A stretch of 40,646 nt of DNA from a virus: IMG/VR virus record IMGVR_UViG_3300006039_000001. One strand, 5' to 3'. The notes under the pieces are model-generated. The model saw only the letters and a program-made list of their open reading frames with translations. It was not told the origin of the DNA and did not search any database. Positions 40,032 to 40,646 of this stretch are shown one piece after another. The stretch's first letter is position 1. Every line of letters starts with the position of its first letter. The position numbers and the translations under genes are program-made.

Positions 40032-40646
40032 ATGGCAAACACTACTACCACCCTCGTCCCGAACGCACAAGCGTTCTACAACCGAACCATGCTGGAACGT
40101 GCGCAACCCGCTGACGTTCACGGCCGTTTCGGTCAAACTCGCCCCATCCCCAAGGGCAGCGGCAATGCTGCGAAGTTTCGCCGGTACTCGCAACTGGCTG
40201 CGGCCACCACGGCACTGACCGAAGGCGTCACGCCAGCCGGCTCCAGCCTGTCGGTGACTGACGTTTCGGCCACGTTGGCTCAGTATGGCGATTTCGTCAC
40301 GCTGACCGACATGCTGTCGATGACCACGCTGGACCCGCTGCTGACCGAAACCGCTGACGTTTTGGGCGACCAGGCTGGCACGACCATTGACCAAGTGCGT
40401 CGTGACGTGCTGGTTGCTGGCACAGCTGTTGCGTACTCCAACGGCGCCAACCGCGCAGCCGTCAACACGGTGATCACGGCTGGCATCCTGAAGCAGGTTG
40501 TGCGTGCCCTGAAGCGCCAGAACGCCAAGAAGCTGAAGCAGGCCATGGCCGCCAACGGCAACATCGCCACCAGCGGCTTGCGTGCTTCGTTCGTGGCCAT
40601 CATCCACCCCGACACCGAAGCGACCCTGAAGGGCATCACCGGCTAC
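40032..40646 (+). CDS. Major capsid protein, N-terminal part (runs off the window end; continues at nt 51 after the 50-nt overlap)
   Basis: ATG 40032 after AAGGA. No stop before the window end. In phase with 3..431 through the duplicated 50 nt. Confidence 0.88.
   Translation, partial: MANTTTTLVPNAQAFYNRTMLERAQPADVHGRFGQTRPIPKGSGNAAKFRRYSQLAAATTALTEGVTPAGSSLSVTDVSATLAQYGDFVTLTDMLSMTTLDPLLTETADVLGDQAGTTIDQVRRDVLVAGTAVAYSNGANRAAVNTVITAGILKQVVRALKRQNAKKLKQAMAANGNIATSGLRASFVAIIHPDTEATLKGITGY
40597..40646. repeat. Terminal 50-nt duplication (identical to 1..50)
   Basis: Exact match to the first 50 nt of the window. Confidence 0.95.

Noticed and set aside
1-40646. Searched for integrase/recombinase, CI-type repressor with a peptidase domain, ParAB, reverse transcriptase/DGR (expected in some related podophages), CRISPR arrays, and tRNA/rRNA genes.
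   Set aside because: No ORF shows the corresponding motifs: no R…HxxR…Y tyrosine recombinase, no YxDD reverse transcriptase, and no template or variable repeat pair in the fibre genes. No repeat-spacer arrays were seen. The absence is noted, but a purely lytic lifestyle cannot be proven from sequence alone.

Overview
The window is one complete, circularly closed dsDNA phage genome. Its first 50 nt are identical to its last 50 nt, giving a unit length of 40,596 bp. It is high-GC, tightly packed, and many gene junctions are ATGA/GTGA overlaps. No rRNA, tRNA, CRISPR array, integrase, transposase or reverse transcriptase was found. Two divergent transcription units leave an early control region at about 25.5 kb.

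- **Rightward unit (25618 onward, wrapping through the contig end to 13647).** It starts with a Cro-like HTH and two tiny membrane proteins. A replication and DNA-modification block follows: SF2/SNF2-like helicase, HNH, N6/N4 methyltransferase, cupin-like protein, DUF1376/DnaT-like initiator, HNH-like protein, C5 methyltransferase and NinG. Next come a Q-like regulator with a near-consensus late promoter and terminator, then a P22-ordered morphogenesis block: TerS, TerL, portal, scaffold, N4-gp56-type capsid, gp4-like adaptor, gp10-like hub, three ejection-type proteins and a beta-helix tailspike. A lysis cassette closes the unit.
- **Leftward unit (25467 down to 13746).** It carries an ERF recombinase, an ASCH protein, a compact C5 methyltransferase, a DUF551 protein, an HNH, and many small zinc-ribbon or unknown proteins.

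Findings worth a second look:
1. A C5-methyltransferase locus in which two overlapping reading frames both carry family-typical motifs (32481-33599).
2. A self-contained cassette of promoter, two small ORFs and an HTH gene, with anti-defence (acr/aca-like) architecture (13746-14617).
3. An oppositely oriented, lower-GC cassette of an RHH gene plus a GIY-YIG nuclease whose C-terminus resembles the RHH protein (19618-20397).
4. A minimal viral-type SET-domain protein inside the virion/ejection module (5565-6458).
5. A three-gene insertion between the adaptor and hub genes. It encodes a DUF2961/GH172-like jelly-roll protein and a Sec-signal protein.
6. An iteron-like array inside the initiator gene, a candidate ori.

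All functional calls rest on motif recognition by eye; no database search was run.
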